DNA of 63,651 nt, filler included, from Folioceros fuciformis (GCA_049999805.1; 17 parts of 17 records of this genome joined end to end with filler, not necessarily neighbours in it); one strand, 5' to 3'; positions 38,629 to 52,828 are shown, numbered from the whole stretch's first letter. A program made the numbers and translations. The notes: generated by a model from the sequence alone, not told the origin.

Positions 38629-40874
38629 TGGGCTATGCACTCCTTCAGACAAGCTTGGAAATTCACGCTGCTTCTTCTGGACGCTGTCAAAGTGCATCCT
38701 TGGAGTCGAAACAGAGATTTGACGATCTGGCGCGATAACTTTCACGGAGCCAGGTATGTGTAGAGTTCTGAGTGCGCGACAAATTCCCAGATCCATTGCC
38801 ACCTCGCGGAAAGCTGCTTTTGAAAAAGCCAGGCTCTGACAGAGGACTGCAACTGGTGTCCGGTCACGTTCTTCAACGAAGGCCTGCAGGCTCATCCTGG
38901 AACACCGCAACAACGGTAGGAGAGGGCATTTATGTATCTGTACTGTCCTGAAAATAGTTGTGACTCGTAAGTTCGTTCACGATGCGTGTATATTGATCAG
39001 CAAGCACTGCGATCACAATTAATCGTGGGGCAAGGCGCACGTCGTTGCTAGACTGAGACTAGCGCTTGCCAATGAATGCTCCTCAAATTCTGCAACTTCC
39101 TCGTCTGTATGATAGATGAGCACTTCTAATCCCCGGTGAGATAGTGGAAGCCTCTCGCACGGTTGATCCTGGGCTGCCTTACTAAAAAAGCTATTTTTCA
39201 GCCTGTGACGAGAAAAGCTGCAACCGGACCGTGGCAAGTTCCTAGCACATCTAGCCACAGTTTAATTAGGTAGTGCATTCTTCGTGGGCACATGAAACTG
39301 TGACTCCTCGTTTCAGTTCCTACACTGAAGTGCGAATATAGGCAGGGGATACGCAGCCTCTCCTCTGTGCCGCACAGCCCAGGCCTGACGATGGCGTCTC
39401 GGAGATTGAAGAATGGGACGGTCTCAATGTCTACTCGTTACGTTGCGGAAATTCAAGAATGGACATTGTCAATGCCTACTCCTTACGCTATTCTGAAACT
39501 TATGCCCTTCTTCTTCTTCCCTGAGTCCTGAACACTTGTTAATGGATTCTACTTCCTGGAGCTGGCGTCCTTCGTCTTTTAGAATCTGTACGTGTAGGGT
39601 GCCAAGCCCGATTCCTTCAAGATCGCACCCGGTAACTGACAGAATAGGGAGCCACATAATTCTCTCTGCTTCCATCTGCTGGGCAGGACGCCTTCTGCAC
39701 ACATTTAACGTTTGCGTTTGCTTAACAGGCGGTTCGGTTTAGTGTGCAGAACTGACACATAAAGAAAACTTAGCAGCCGACATGAACGACACGAGGAGCT
39801 ACAGCATGAAAGGAGCTGGCTTTGTTAACATTTGGTCTAAATTCTTGGGTATGTAACAAGGCAAGGCTGTACATAGTGCGCTGGGCGACTCGCTGTCCGC
39901 GTCTCCTTCGTGAAGCTCAGCGCCTTGCGCTTGTGGGCACATTGGAAGAATGCTGCAAGCTTCTGCCCGGATAGTTGCCTGGTTGGTGAAGCTTCGAATT
40001 TCATCCTGCAATTGAAGTTTCAGCGATGACGCTCCGCCCAGCAGCGAGGGGACGATCCCATCACTTCACACTCGGAAGATTCAACAAAGGCTGCTTCGCT
40101 GGCGTCATTGATGGACCAAGACAAGTACTGCCGCTTGCTTTACATTCCTGTTGGACGGGCATCCGCAGAATCGCATGTTGTAAACGTTTACAACTGCCAA
40201 CTGTCTTCGCAGCGGGAGTGTGTATCACTAAGGCCTCCAACGTTCTTTGAATCTGTCGACAATCTAGCCTGCAAGCTAAATTTTTTGCAGGAACCTTTTA
40301 GTGCGAGAAGGTTGTTGGAATCTGTCGACAAGCTGCAAGCTACATCTGCTGAGAAAAACGAGTTAGACTGTGACGAAGGGGAGCAAGTGCAATCTCCTGA
40401 GAGAATGATTGATGAAGGAGATTTCTGGAGACCGATTCAAGCACGCGCACGATTTGTGCATGGTTTCTTGTTCGAAATGCTGGATCGGGCCCGTGGATCA
40501 CACGAAGGTGAAGATAGGAGGCCTCCATTTCGGCTCAAACACGAATTCTTGTTTGGGAATCAATGTTGCACGACCAACAACCTCGTTCCTTGAGCCGGAA
40601 AGGTGCACATTGAAGAGTGCATGGTTTCATGTGACGTCCATCTGAAACGAGAGACGTGGTCACTGCGTTGCTTGAGTTACATCTTGGGCCATTTACAGCC
40701 TTCAATCTTCCAACAAAGATCCCGGTACATTTCTTACCCACACTTCTAGGGAGCACTTCAGGAGAGACAGATCTGTTCTTCTACTAGCCAACACTGCAGG
40801 GAATGTTCCTGGAGGAGTCTCCCGCCCAGGAACAGGTCCATGCAGTCATGCACATCTAGACGAACCACTACGAT

Positions 40875-41910
40875 TCAGTACATGGACATAAGAGAGCGAT
40901 TTTTCACCGCCTTTCTGTGTCCTCTGGAATTCACATGGACAGGGGGCACAATGTTTACAGTATCTTGATGTTCCTTGCCTCCAATCCGATCCTCCTCTGC
41001 GCTCCTCTGCAAGCTCAAGGAATTCGGAGGCAAGGCAGGGGAAGTCGGGGGCAAGGGAGGGCAAATAGGAGGCAATAATACAGGGGAATCCGTAGGCAAG
41101 ACAGGGTAATTCGGGGGCAAGGAAGGGCTGACACAGGGAGAGGCAGAGCTTGTTGACCTGGAGCGTTTCTTGTCCAGGGGGATAAGTCCTTCACCCACTG
41201 CCCTTCTCTGCAGCGCCGCATATGCCTTCTTCAACCTGAACTTGCTCAAGTGGTGTTCACATAAAGAGTATCCTCCCTTGGCTCGCAGTGGGCACTGCCA
41301 ACGACGCCCATCCGTTCGGGCACACTGCTTTCCCTCACTTGACCTCCTATCTTCTTCTGTAAGAGAGTCCAACAAGTGTCGGTATCGGTTCTCCCTTGCA
41401 GTTGCACTGTCATTTGCAGGGGCAGCCCTACGCAGAGGTCGCTTGACACTATGTGATAACCGCTGGGACATGATCCTGTCGTCATCGCTTGAAAGATGGC
41501 CATCAGTTAAAGTTGTGTCTCCACTGGACTCGGCTCTTACATCGAAGTCAGCATCGTTTTCGCTGTCCTCATTCCCAGTAGTCTCACTGTCATAGCTTCC
41601 CTCACTTTTGTGCTGTACACCATGATCCCTGGTGACTCTTTCCCACAACTTGACTTTGCTGCTCTGTGGCTGAAGATTTTCTTGGAGGCTATCTTGACTC
41701 ATACCACCTGAGGTTAAACTTTCCCCCTGTTTCTTCTGCTGCTCGGATTCGGTACTGCGACCAAAAGGACAGCCTTCACGATAACTACGAACCTTGCGTT
41801 CCTCCATCATCCCATTCGCAAAAGACGCCCCCTTCACTTCATCCGGACTTCGGCCATAGCCGGAATTTAGTGACTCTTCATCATCCCCCTTTTCTGGCAG
41901 TGAGCTGCAC
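40875..41910 (-). CDS. WRC zinc-finger protein, 5'-truncated by the contig end
   Basis: CARTDGRRWQCPLRAKGGYSLCEHH fits WRC (C-x9-C-x10-C-x2-H). It has a C-terminal RKAVKNRSLMS and Pro-rich heptamer repeats. The frame is open to 41910. Confidence 0.8.
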
Positions 41911-42422
41911 NNNNNNNNNNNNNNNNNNNNNNNNNNNNNNNNNNNNNNNNNNNNTTAATTAATTAANNNNNNNNNNNNNNNNNNNNNNNNNNNNNNNNNN
42001 NNNNNNNNNNTGCCTTGTGCTCGCTGTTAATCAATTTATCGATCTATAAAAACATGATGGTATCAGAGCAGGTTAGGCGTTGATGCAATCCTTGCGCCTT
42101 CTACCAAGGCGCAAATGTCCTGCACACGAGTTAGCAATTCTGGAAACCTGCTGCCATGGGTTATTTGAATCTGCAGCAGTGTGTGGAGTGGATGTTGTTC
42201 TTGCGCCCTTTCTTGAACCCAGAACTTGCTTCTCTGATTGAGCGAGCAATTGAATCAGTCCTGGCTAGAGAGGAGGTTATGGCCCTGTATCCCAAGCGCT
42301 GGTGCTTCCCTGTTTAAAAGCATGCAAGACTCATGCTCAACAATAAGATTGCAAGGCGCGTTTAGCGCTGATCCTGGACCTGCACAGCGAGCAAACAGTT
42401 GAGAACTGGTGGGGAATGAGGA

Positions 42423-42971
42423 ATGGCACACCGTTGTAGGAGGAACAGAGGAGCGGAGTCACGAACTTACCAACCTGTCCCCTCGTATGAGGCTACAAAT
42501 ATATCCCCCGGAAGACAAGTCTTACCTGACTGGAGGGATTTCCTGAATAGCATTCCTGACCTTGCAACTGCAAATCCCAGTGGACATTCTCGTCGTGGGT
42601 TCCTTCCGAATCGAAATCAGTCTTGCATGAGAGATCCAGTTACTTCACATCGTTTTCCACGGCCTGTTAGAGAGTCGAATGAGTCCCTCGCAGTTGCTGT
42701 TCATCACTTAACCCAAAGACTTGATAATATCAACAGCACAGCCCTTTGACGCACCCAGCATATCTACACCACCTTGGATATTTTGACAGATAATATTGCC
42801 AGGTTAGAGGAGCATCTGAAAGAGATTGACTTTAAAATTTTCACAATCATGAAGCCAAATTGGCAAGAAAATGAGAGAGCTGTCCATACTAGTCAGTCCA
42901 AGCAGTGTCCTCCAATCTGTGAAGTGTGTCGGTCAAAGCAAGCTGATTCAGCTCATGCTGGGAGCTGCTGA
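42423..42971 (+). CDS. Extra ORF upstream of gag in copia C (about 182 codons, one internal TGA), in the gag frame
   Basis: MAHRCRRNRG...DFLNSIP...ESLAVAVHHLTQRLDNINSTAL*RTQHIYTTLDILTDNIARLEEHLKEI, with a heptad pattern. Confidence 0.45.
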
Positions 42972-42974
42972 TTT

Positions 42975-45900
42975 TTGAGTGATCAGGAGAGTTCTTACAC
43001 AACACCTGAATGGTTGAGGAAACTGGCGCTAGAGGGAGGGCTCTATGACTTCAGTGAGGATGATGAGGTCTTGAACACTCAGGTTGATACTGCTTCTGAT
43101 CGTGCCTCAGTAAACACACATTATTCACACGAAGATTATAAGTGGTACAGGAATTTAAATATGGATGATGATGACAGAGCAAGAGAGGAGATGCTCACTG
43201 CCCTGCAGGCACTAACCAGCGGTGGTTTCAAAGAGAAGGACCGTCTGGTCACAGGCAGTGAATACGATATCTGGGTCATGCGAATGCAAGGAGCTCTTGA
43301 GGAAAAGAACCTGTGGGGAGTGGTGATCGGAGAGACCCCAAAGCCTGAAGCCACTTCAGCAGATTATGCAGTATGGAGACTAGCAGACATCAAAGCCAGG
43401 AATCTCATCAGGTCAGGTCTGGCTCCTGAAATGCTGAGGCAGGCCTCTGATGGTCCAGGGGACTCAGCAAAGGACATGTGGGATCATCTGGCAATGATGT
43501 TTGCCTCTCATGACATGGCTGCGTCCATGTCAGCTTCCGCACGGTATCATGGCCTGCGCATGACAGAAGGAGAGTCAGTTGAGCACTATATTGCAAGATT
43601 TCGCATTGCACGTGCTAAGCTAAGCTCCACAGGCGTAAAGGTGACTGATTACGATGCAGCATGTAGGCTGTTAAGCTCGTTACCTCCAAGTTTCGGGCCG
43701 TTTGTTACTGGCCAGCAGGCTATGGCAAAGGTCGAAGCAAGAATCTCAAAGGCCTTAAAAATAGATTCAGATCCCATGACATTTAACGGTGTCGTTGGCG
43801 CTATGTTGCAGGAGGAAGCCACGAGGCTGTCCTCCAGATCTGGAAGACAGCTGATACAGGGTCAGCAAGCCCTGTTTGCTAGTAGGGGAAGACCCTTCAA
43901 AAGAGGCAGAGGAGGTTCATGGAATTCCAATCGTGGAGGCAGGTCAAGTGGACCTGGACAGAGTTCAAGCAATCCGAAACGTGCAGGCAATTGCAACTGG
44001 TGCGGAATACCTGGGCATTGGGCACGCGATTGCCGAAAGAAGAAGGCTGCAGAGCCTCGGAAGGAGGGTGCTACTGGAGTGCCTGAGGCACATGCTGTAA
44101 ACGCTCCAAAGAAAAAACCTGCACAAGTTATTTTGACTGTGTGCCTTACCACCTCTGGGTCACGAACCCCAGATTGGTTTATCGATTCAGGCGCCTCCGC
44201 ACACATATGTCACAGTAAGTCGTACTTCAGCGATTATGTAACATATGATGCAGATCAGTCGGTGATGTTGGGAGACGAGAGTACATTACCTATTGTTGGA
44301 ACTGGTAAGGTTATATTGCAGTTGCATCATGGTCGGTGCCTGGAGCTGGATGGTGTTCTGCATGTTCCTGCAGTCACCAAAAATCTGCTGTCAGTACGAA
44401 AGCTCACGGCTGATCAGCCTATGCATGTTCTGTTCACGGGAGATAAGTGCATGATAGTTGAAAGCAAGGATCCACGTGTGGCAGTTGCAGAAGGGTATCC
44501 TGTAAACGATATCTATCAGTTGAGTTTGGTGGGAAGCAGGTTACCTGAACTGCACGTTGCTGGCCTTGCTGGTCACTTGTCTCCGGAGGAAGTGGCGACT
44601 GTCTGACATTTGCGTTGTGGGCATCCACATGGGAACAAGCTTCAGGCCATGACAAACAGTACGCTTTACTCAGATGGGATTCCAGGACAAGTGGGGGATT
44701 TGCCCCTGTGCGAAGCTTGTATTTATGGCAAGCATCATGAGCTACCTTTTGACAAGTCTGGAGCACATCGGGCTGCTGTTCCCTTGGAGCTTGTGCACTC
44801 GGATATTTGCGGTCCCATCTCTGTACCTTCTTTTGGTGGAGGCTCGTTCTTTTTGACCTTTATCGATGACTGCACTCGCTATTGCATGCTGTATATTCTC
44901 AAGCATAAAAGTGACACCCTGCAGCATTTCAAGGAGTATTTGCAGTTAGTGGAACGCCATCATGGTCGCAGTCTGAGATGCCTAAGATCTGACAATGGTG
45001 GAGAATATACCTCAGGGGAGTTCACAGCTTATTGTAGGAATCTTGGCATCCAACGACAGCTGACTGTACCGTACACTGCTCAACTCAATGGAGTAGCTGA
45101 GAAGAAGAACCAGCTCCTTCAGGAGACAGCACGAGCCTTGCTCAAGCAAGCACGTCTGCCTCGGCATTACTGGGGTGAGGCAATCAACACTGCCAATTAT
45201 TTATTGAACAGATTGCCCACTAGAGTGTTACCTGGTACTACACCGTTCGAGGCATGGTGGGGTCGTAAGCCATCTGTGCAGCACTTGAGGATATTTGGTT
45301 CACCTGCGTATGCCTTTGTTCCAAAACCAAAGCGCAAGACCAAGCTGCATGACAGGGCCCAGAAATTAGTCTTCATTGGCTACACTGACGGGATCAAAGC
45401 GTACAAACTGTACGACCCTGTGTCCCGGGTTGTCAGCCATGCTAGGAGTGTGATCTTTGACGAGAAGAGTATACTGAAGCCATCAAGCTCAGACTTACCC
45501 ATTGCTAGTACGAGTCCTGGTGGTGTGGTGGCAGATCAGCTTGACAATGAGGAAGAAGATGTCGTTGAGTGGTCCTCTGCAGGAGAGTTTGCTGAACCTG
45601 GAGAGGCGGAAGTATCTTACTTTGAACAAAATGCTGAAACTCTCGCACCTGAATTTGGAGATGATGAAATGGACAGCACTCCTGTGGACGACCCTGGACT
45701 GAATCAGCAAGCTGAAGCTGATAGTCAAGCTGAATTTTTTATGCATGCTGATGCAGAACGTGAAATACCCATCGCTGAGGAGGTTCCTGCAGTAGAAACA
45801 CGAGGTCGTTATAATCTCAGAGAGAGGAATAAACCGTGGAAAGAGCCTCCATTGGAGATGGAGGATTGGCGGGTGAAGAAGGTCAAAACGAAAAAGACCA

Positions 45901-47639
45901 GATCTGAGGGTGAACCTGCGACCTCTGAACAACCTGCCTCGACTGGCCAGCCTGCAGGAGATCTGCCAAGTAGCAGTGCTGAAATTGAGGGATACTCTCA
46001 GCTCTCAAATGCGTACATCCAAGCCATGCTGGCAGCCACCACGGATGGTTCTGAACCTGTCTCATTGACACAAGCATACTCAGGACCTGAGGCTAAGCAA
46101 TGGAAGAGAGCTGTAGATGATGAATATGCATCAATTATCCAGAATGGTACCTGGCTGTTGGTGGAGCTGCCAAAGGGACGCAAGCCCATCTCATGCAAGT
46201 GGGTCTTTAAAAGAAAAATGAATGCAGATGGCAGTATTGAGAGGTACAAAGCACGCTTGGTTGCTCGAGGGTTTTCACAGATCCCAGGAGTGGACTTCAA
46301 TGATACTTTTGCTCCAGTTGTCAAGTTCACAACTTTGAGAATGGTGCTAGCACTTACGGCACACCTTGACCTCGACTTGGAACAGATGGATGTAAAGACT
46401 GCTTTCCTGCATGGGAAACTGGAGGAAGACTTGTACATGGAGCAGCCAGAGGGCTACATCAAGCCTGGAACAGAACACTTGGTGTGTAAGTTGGTGAAAA
46501 CCCTGTATGGGTTAAAACAGAGTCCACGAGCTTGGAATCAACGCATAAATTCTTACCTGAAGCAGTTGGGGTTCAGGCAGGGTACAGCAGACCCTGGTCT
46601 GTATTTGATGACTGAGGGAGATGCAGTCTTGATTTTATTGCTGTACGTGGATGACTTGGTCCTGGCAGCGACCAAGGGCAGGCATAGTTTGCTGCCGAAG
46701 GTGAAAGCACTCCTGAGAAAGGAGTTTGAAATGACGGAACTGGGTAAACTAACGTGGTGCCTGGGAGTTGAGATTGCCAGAGACAGAAAAGTCAGAAGGC
46801 TGACCATTTGCCAGCATAAGTATGTGAGAGACAGCTTAAAGAAGTTCAATATGGAAAATGCAAATGGGTCAGCAACTCCCCTGGCTACTGGCGTTAAGCT
46901 TGCACGAAGCCAGAATCCGCTTACACCAGAAGAGGCAGAGGATATGGCCAGAACGCCGTACAGGCATGCAGTAGGAACTTTAATTTATCTTGCAAATGTG
47001 TCAAGACCAGATATTGCCTTTTCTGTTAGCCTTGAGTCACAGTTCCTGGAGAACCCAACACCAGAACATTGGAGTCAGGTAAAAAGGACGTTTAGATACC
47101 TTAAGCAAACTCCAACACACGGCATAGTCTATGAAGGAATGAAAGAGAAGTTGCTCACCTTGGAGGGATTTACAGATTCAGACTGGGCTTCAGACTTAGA
47201 CAATAGAAAATCCCTGTCAGCATATGTCTATTTGTTAGCAGGTGGCCCCATATCCTGGATGAGCAAGAAGCAAAACACAATCTCCACTTCAAGCACTGAA
47301 GCTGAATACAAGGCACTTACGGTAGCAGCAAAAGAGGCCATCTGGTGCAGGAGAAACTTATCTGATGTGGGTATGGTGCAGGTTGGAGCAACTGTGGTTC
47401 ACTGTGACAACCAGGGAGCGATTGCACTCTCACAAAATCCAGTGCTTCATTCAAAGACTAAACACATAGAAATCCACCACCATTTCATAAGAGAAGTGGT
47501 GGCAGATGGTCAAATGAGAATTCAGTACATTCCTACAGCAGATAATCCTGCTGATCTACTGACGAAGGCCCTGCCGAAGGAACTGCACAACAAACATGCA
47601 AGTAGACTAGGTCTTCAGCCCTGCAAAAATGATCAGTAA
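42975..47639 (+). pseudogene. gag-pol of copia C with a single nonsense codon
   Basis: One frame throughout. TGA at 44604-44606 replaces the W of the integrase-proximal WH.R.GH motif. The first ATG is at about 43161. Confidence 0.9.
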
Positions 47640-47833
47640 GGCAGCAGCCGCCATCGAAACCTAATTACGAAGAGCTCAAGTGGGGGTGTTGGATAGAATA
47701 GTTTCGCACCTCGTAGATTAGGTTTAAAGTGTTNNNNNNNNNNNNNNNNNNNNNNNNNNNNNNNNNNNNNNNNNNNNTTAATTAATTAANNNNNNNNNNN
47801 NNNNNNNNNNNNNNNNNNNNNNNNNNNNNNNNN

Positions 47834-47880
47834 GTGGCGAGATGCGGTGAACTTGGAAATGGCGGTGGCGAGATGCGGTG
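47834..47880. repeat. 31-bp tandem repeat GTGGCGAGATGCGGTGAACTTGGAAATGGCG at contig termini
   Basis: It begins the contigs at 47834 and 50719 and ends the contigs at 55054 and 56605. Confidence 0.9.
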
Positions 47881-48830
47881 CTCTTGTATGTAGAACCTTG
47901 CAAAATGGACCAATAGAGGAAGTTGACCTTACAGATTGTCCCTATGGACTGCGGTGATCATGGGAATTGTCACTCCAAAGTGGGTGGCACATTGCTTTGC
48001 AAATGGCACATGCATAGTATAGTGGGACTTGAATTGTCATAAGAGGTTAGAAGAGTGATGTACAAGTGGTGACTGTAATTATAATTATAGATGTCGTTGC
48101 AGATGGCAGGTGCAGTGTGTGTTGTAGTTTGCCCCATGCAACTGTAAGTCATAGGTGGAAGCTGGATGTGACGATTGCAAATGTAGGTTGTCCTCAAGGG
48201 TGTGGAAGTGTTGCGTTGCTGTATGCATTACAAGTTCAACATTGGATACAACCTTGCAGCTGTAGGTTGAAGAGTTCCTAAGTAGAGGGCTTGTAGAACC
48301 CTTGGACACTATGATGTAGATGATGAGACGCAGGAAACCCGAGAAGCCCTTGGAAAATGCCTCCCACCTTGTCTGTCTAATGCCATTGTAACTTACAAGT
48401 GCCTTGCAGGTTGCATGTACGTATCGTAGTTGCAAACCTAAGCCTTCCACATCGTTGTGTGTTTTGTGCAGGCCTTGCAGGTTGCCTAGGATAATGATAA
48501 TGATAATGCGTACGCAAAGCGATTAGAGGGCATGAATTTCTTCCCCAACATGTATCGACTGCAGGAATAGGATGGAACCATTAGAGGTGTACCTGCAGTC
48601 ATGGACACAAGAAGAGCCCATGGAGTGGCATTTGCCTTCTCCAGTCTTTGGAGTAGCGTAGGGTCTTTGTATAAAGGCCCATGAAGTTTGTTCTTTTGCT
48701 TGTGTTCAGATGTTGGGACATGTACCCCTCAAAGGCTTGGAATAAAGATTGTCTAAACCCGATCCCCCTATTGTATGGTTCATGGGCCCCCTACATATGA
48801 TGTTACATCACGATTGCTGTGTTGCGTGGA

Positions 48831-49445
48831 GGGAGAAAGACATGACTAGCAACGAGTCTTCCCTGAAGGCAGAAGGGAGAAAGACATGACTAGCAACGAG
48901 TCTTCCTCGAAGGCATAATGGCTTGGGTTCAGGTGAAGGAAGAGAAAGAGAGTATGCTACCTTCAATATGATGCCATATGTTATGTGCAATGGGTGAGAA
49001 GGAAAAAAAAACTTGTCTGTCGATGATGGCCGGATCGGGTGAGAAGGAGAAAAAAACTTGTCCGTTGATGATGAGGAAAAAACTTGTCCATTGATGATGA
49101 GAAAAAAACTTGTCTGTCGATGATGACCGGATCGGGATGGAGGGCCCCATATCGGGTGAGAAGGAAAAAAAAACTTGTGACCGGATCGGGATGGAGGGCC
49201 CATATCGGGTGAGAAGGAAAAAAAAACTTGTGTGTCGATGATGCCCGAATCGGAATGGACGAACAAAACAACCCTCTTCGTGGTGGCGTTCGCGTTTCCC
49301 ACCTCTTAAATGGTTTGTCTCACCTCTTAAGGAATTAATAAATAAAAATATTTAATGAGTTAATAATTTTTTAAGGAATTAATAAATACATAATATTTAA
49401 AAAAGTTAATAAACAGTTTTAAGGAATTAATAAATTAAAAAAATA
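48831..49445. repeat. Composite short-repeat block (44-bp duplication, GGGTGAGAAGGA(n)CTTGT..GATGATG units, TTAAGGAATTAATAAA units); possible DNA-transposon subterminal region
   Basis: The repeats are directly visible, with a second copy at +2885. The transposon interpretation is inference. Confidence 0.7.
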
Positions 49446-49943
49446 TTTATAGTTGTGGATGAAAGTTCTTCGTACCGGATAACGCAGTGTAACTTCCTCA
49501 GGCCACGTGAACGAATATTCGCGGGCATCCGAAGGAAGAGCTCTATTCCCCCTTGTGAAGTCCCGCAGTCGAAAGGTCCGAAGTTCCGTAGTNNNNNNNN
49601 NNNNNNNNNNNNNNNNNNNNNNNNNNNNNNNNNNNNNNNNNNNNNNNNNNNNNNNNNNNNNNNNNNNNNNNNNNNNNNNNNNNNNNNNNNNNTTTGGCGT
49701 GTTCTGATTTCTCATGAAGCATTGCAAGCGATGAGGGATTACGACAAGTTCCGACACGGAACTGGCAACCCATGGGCCTTCCGTATCCCCATGCTGCAAA
49801 AAATCGCATGAGGAAAGGAAACGCGAACTTCAGCCAAGACGTGTCTCTTGATGTCTTGCTGTGAGCCTGGACATGCGTGGCTAGCCTGGAAGTCTGCGTA
49901 GTCTGTTGGGGTATGCATGACCGGTGGAAAATATAGGGCTTGA

Positions 49944-50618
49944 TTACTTGAACACTCGTGCACTGGACTGCACTCTTCTGAGCATGAGAGAACGGATTGT
50001 GGCGTTCTCTTTTGCTGCTGCTTCCTCTACCAGCAGCCCATCCGTTTCCTGGCCATTATCTGTAACACACGGCACCGGATTCCTGATTTGCCGAATGACC
50101 TTGGTTACTGTCTGCATGTCCGGCCTCGCAGCAGGAAGCTTCTGCGAACACCACACCCCCAGCTTCAGCATGGCCTTCATCTCACTCAAATTCGACTCCG
50201 CCTTGGCGTCCTGGCCGGCTACCAGGCACTGGGGGTCCATAATCCGTTGCCAGCACCTGGATGACACAGCTCTGTCCACCCACTCCGAGATGGTCACCCC
50301 TCTTCCAAAAACAGAGCTATCAGGTACCTGCCCTGTGAGAAGCTCCAACACCAGGATCCCGAAGCTGTAAACATCCTGCTTCGGGGACGGTCTCATCACC
50401 GCTCTCTCGGGAGCGGTATACCCCGTCGTCCTCACAAAAGCAGCTGCAGGCTCCGCATCCTCCGACAGATTCTCCTCCACCAGCTGCAGCATCCCGAAAT
50501 TGGAAACAGACGCACCCGCATCCACATCCAGAAAAACACAACTAGGCTTCAGATCCCCGTGCACCAAAGGTGGGGAGTACGCGCAGTGCAGATGTTGCAG
50601 CCCTAAGGCCACGCCGAG
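49944..50618 (-). CDS. Receptor-like kinase C-terminal half, probable pseudokinase (copy 1), 5'-truncated
   Basis: VALGLQHLH, HGDLKPSC (catalytic-loop N to C, non-RD), NFG in place of DFG, GYTAPE, DVYSFGILVLELLTG, RPDM. Confidence 0.85.
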   Translation of the reverse strand, partial: LGVALGLQHLHCAYSPPLVHGDLKPSCVFLDVDAGASVSNFGMLQLVEENLSEDAEPAAAFVRTTGYTAPERAVMRPSPKQDVYSFGILVLELLTGQVPDSSVFGRGVTISEWVDRAVSSRCWQRIMDPQCLVAGQDAKAESNLSEMKAMLKLGVWCSQKLPAARPDMQTVTKVIRQIRNPVPCVTDNGQETDGLLVEEAAAKENATIRSLMLRRVQSSARVFK

Positions 50619-52828
50619 NNNNNNNNNNNNNNNNNNNNNNNNNNNNNNNNNNNNNNNNNNNNTTAATTAATTAANNNNNNNNNNNNNNNNNNNNNNNNNN
50701 NNNNNNNNNNNNNNNNNNGTGGCGAGATGCGGTGAACTTGGAAATGGCGGTGGCGAGATGCGGTGCTCTTGTATGTAGAACCTTGCAAAATGGACCAATA
50801 GAGGAAGTTGACCTTACAGATTGTCCCTATGGACTGCGGTGATCATGGGAATTGTCACTCCAAAGTGGGTGGCACATTGCTTTGCAAATGGCACATGCAT
50901 AGTATAGTGGGACTTGAATTGTCATAAGAGGTTAGAAGAGTGATGTACAAGTGGTGACTGTAATTATAATTATAGATGTCGTTGCAGATGGCAGGTGCAG
51001 TGTGTGTTGTAGTTTGCCCCATGCAACTGTAAGTCATAGGTGGAAGCTGGATGTGACGATTGCAAATGTAGGTTGTCCTCAAGGGTGTGGAAGTGTTGCG
51101 TTGCTGTATGCATTACAAGTTCAACATTGGATACAACCTTGCAGCTGTAGGTTGAAGAGTTCCTAAGTAGAGGGCTTGTAGAACCCTTGGACACTATGAT
51201 GTAGATGATGAGACGCAGGAAACCCGAGAAGCCCTTGGAAAATGCCTCCCACCTTGTCTGTCTAATGCCATTGTAACTTACAAGTGCCTTGCAGGTTGCA
51301 TGTACGTATCGTAGTTGCAAACCTAAGCCTTCCACATCGTTGTGTGTTTTGTGCAGGCCTTGCAGGTTGCCTAGGATAATGATAATGATAATGCGTACGC
51401 AAAGCGATTAGAGGGCATGAATTTCTTCCCCAACATGTATCGACTGCAGGAATAGGATGGAACCATTAGAGGTGTACCTGCAGTCATGGACACAAGAAGA
51501 GCCCATGGAGTGGCATTTGCCTTCTCCAGTCTTTGGAGTAGCGTAGGGTCTTTGTATAAAGGCCCATGAAGTTTGTTCTTTTGCTTGTGTTCAGATGTTG
51601 GGACATGTACCCCTCAAAGGCTTGGAATAAAGATTGTCTAAACCCGATCCCCCTATTGTATGGTTCATGGGCCCCCTACATATGATGTTACATCACGATT
51701 GCTGTGTTGCGTGGAGGGAGAAAGACATGACTAGCAACGAGTCTTCCCTGAAGGCAGAAGGGAGAAAGACATGACTAGCAACGAGTCTTCCTCGAAGGCA
51801 TAATGGCTTGGGTTCAGGTGAAGGAAGAGAAAGAGAGTATGCTACCTTCAATATGATGCCATATGTTATGTGCAATGGGTGAGAAGGAAAAAAAAACTTG
51901 TCTGTCGATGATGGCCGGATCGGGTGAGAAGGAGAAAAAAACTTGTCCGTTGATGATGAGGAAAAAACTTGTCCATTGATGATGAGAAAAAAACTTGTCT
52001 GTCGATGATGACCGGATCGGGATGGAGGGCCCCATATCGGGTGAGAAGGAAAAAAAAACTTGTGACCGGATCGGGATGGAGGGCCCATATCGGGTGAGAA
52101 GGAAAAAAAAACTTGTGTGTCGATGATGCCCGAATCGGAATGGACGAACAAAACAACCCTCTTCGTGGTGGCGTTCGCGTTTCCCACCTCTTAAATGGTT
52201 TGTCTCACCTCTTAAGGAATTAATAAATAAAAATATTTAATGAGTTAATAATTTTTTAAGGAATTAATAAATACATAATATTTAAAAAAGTTAATAAACA
52301 GTTTTAAGGAATTAATAAATTAAAAAAATATTTATAGTTGTGGATGAAAGTTCTTCGTACCGGATAACGCAGTGTAACTTCCTCAGGCCACGTGAACGAA
52401 TATTCGCGGGCATCCGAAGGAAGAGCTCTATTCCCCCTTGTGAAGTCCCGCAGTCGAAAGGTCCGAAGTTCCGTAGTNNNNNNNNNNNNNNNNNNNNNNN
52501 NNNNNNNNNNNNNNNNNNNNNNNNNNNNNNNNNNNNNNNNNNNNNNNNNNNNNNNNNNNNNNNNNNNNNNNNNNNNNTTTGGCGTGTTCTGATTTCTCAT
52601 GAAGCATTGCAAGCGATGAGGGATTGCGACAAGTTCCGACACGGAACTGGCAACCCATGGGCCTTCCGTATCCCCATGCTGCAAAAAATCGCATGAGGAG
52701 AGCAAACGCGAACTTCAGCCAAGACGTGTCTCTTGATGTTTTGCTGTGCGCCTGGACGTGCGTGGCTAGCCTGGAAGTCTGCGTAGTCTGTTGGGGTATG
52801 CATGACCGGTGGAAAATATAGGGCTTGA

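Larger units (their letters stand above)
42011..47733 (+). mobile_element. Ty1/copia LTR retrotransposon C (internal region complete; 47 bp of LTR at each end)
   Basis: PBS TGGTATCAGAGC at 42058-42069, gag-PR-IN-RT-RH order, PPT AAGTGGGGG at 47678-47686, LTR starting TG at 47687. Confidence 0.95.

Noticed and set aside
40108-40593. 161-aa ORF between the LCAT and WRC genes
   Set aside because: No motif or family similarity is visible. It is left unannotated.
47900-48800. Possible decayed transposase between the kinases
   Set aside because: No convincing catalytic motifs, and matching TIRs or a TSD could not be defined.
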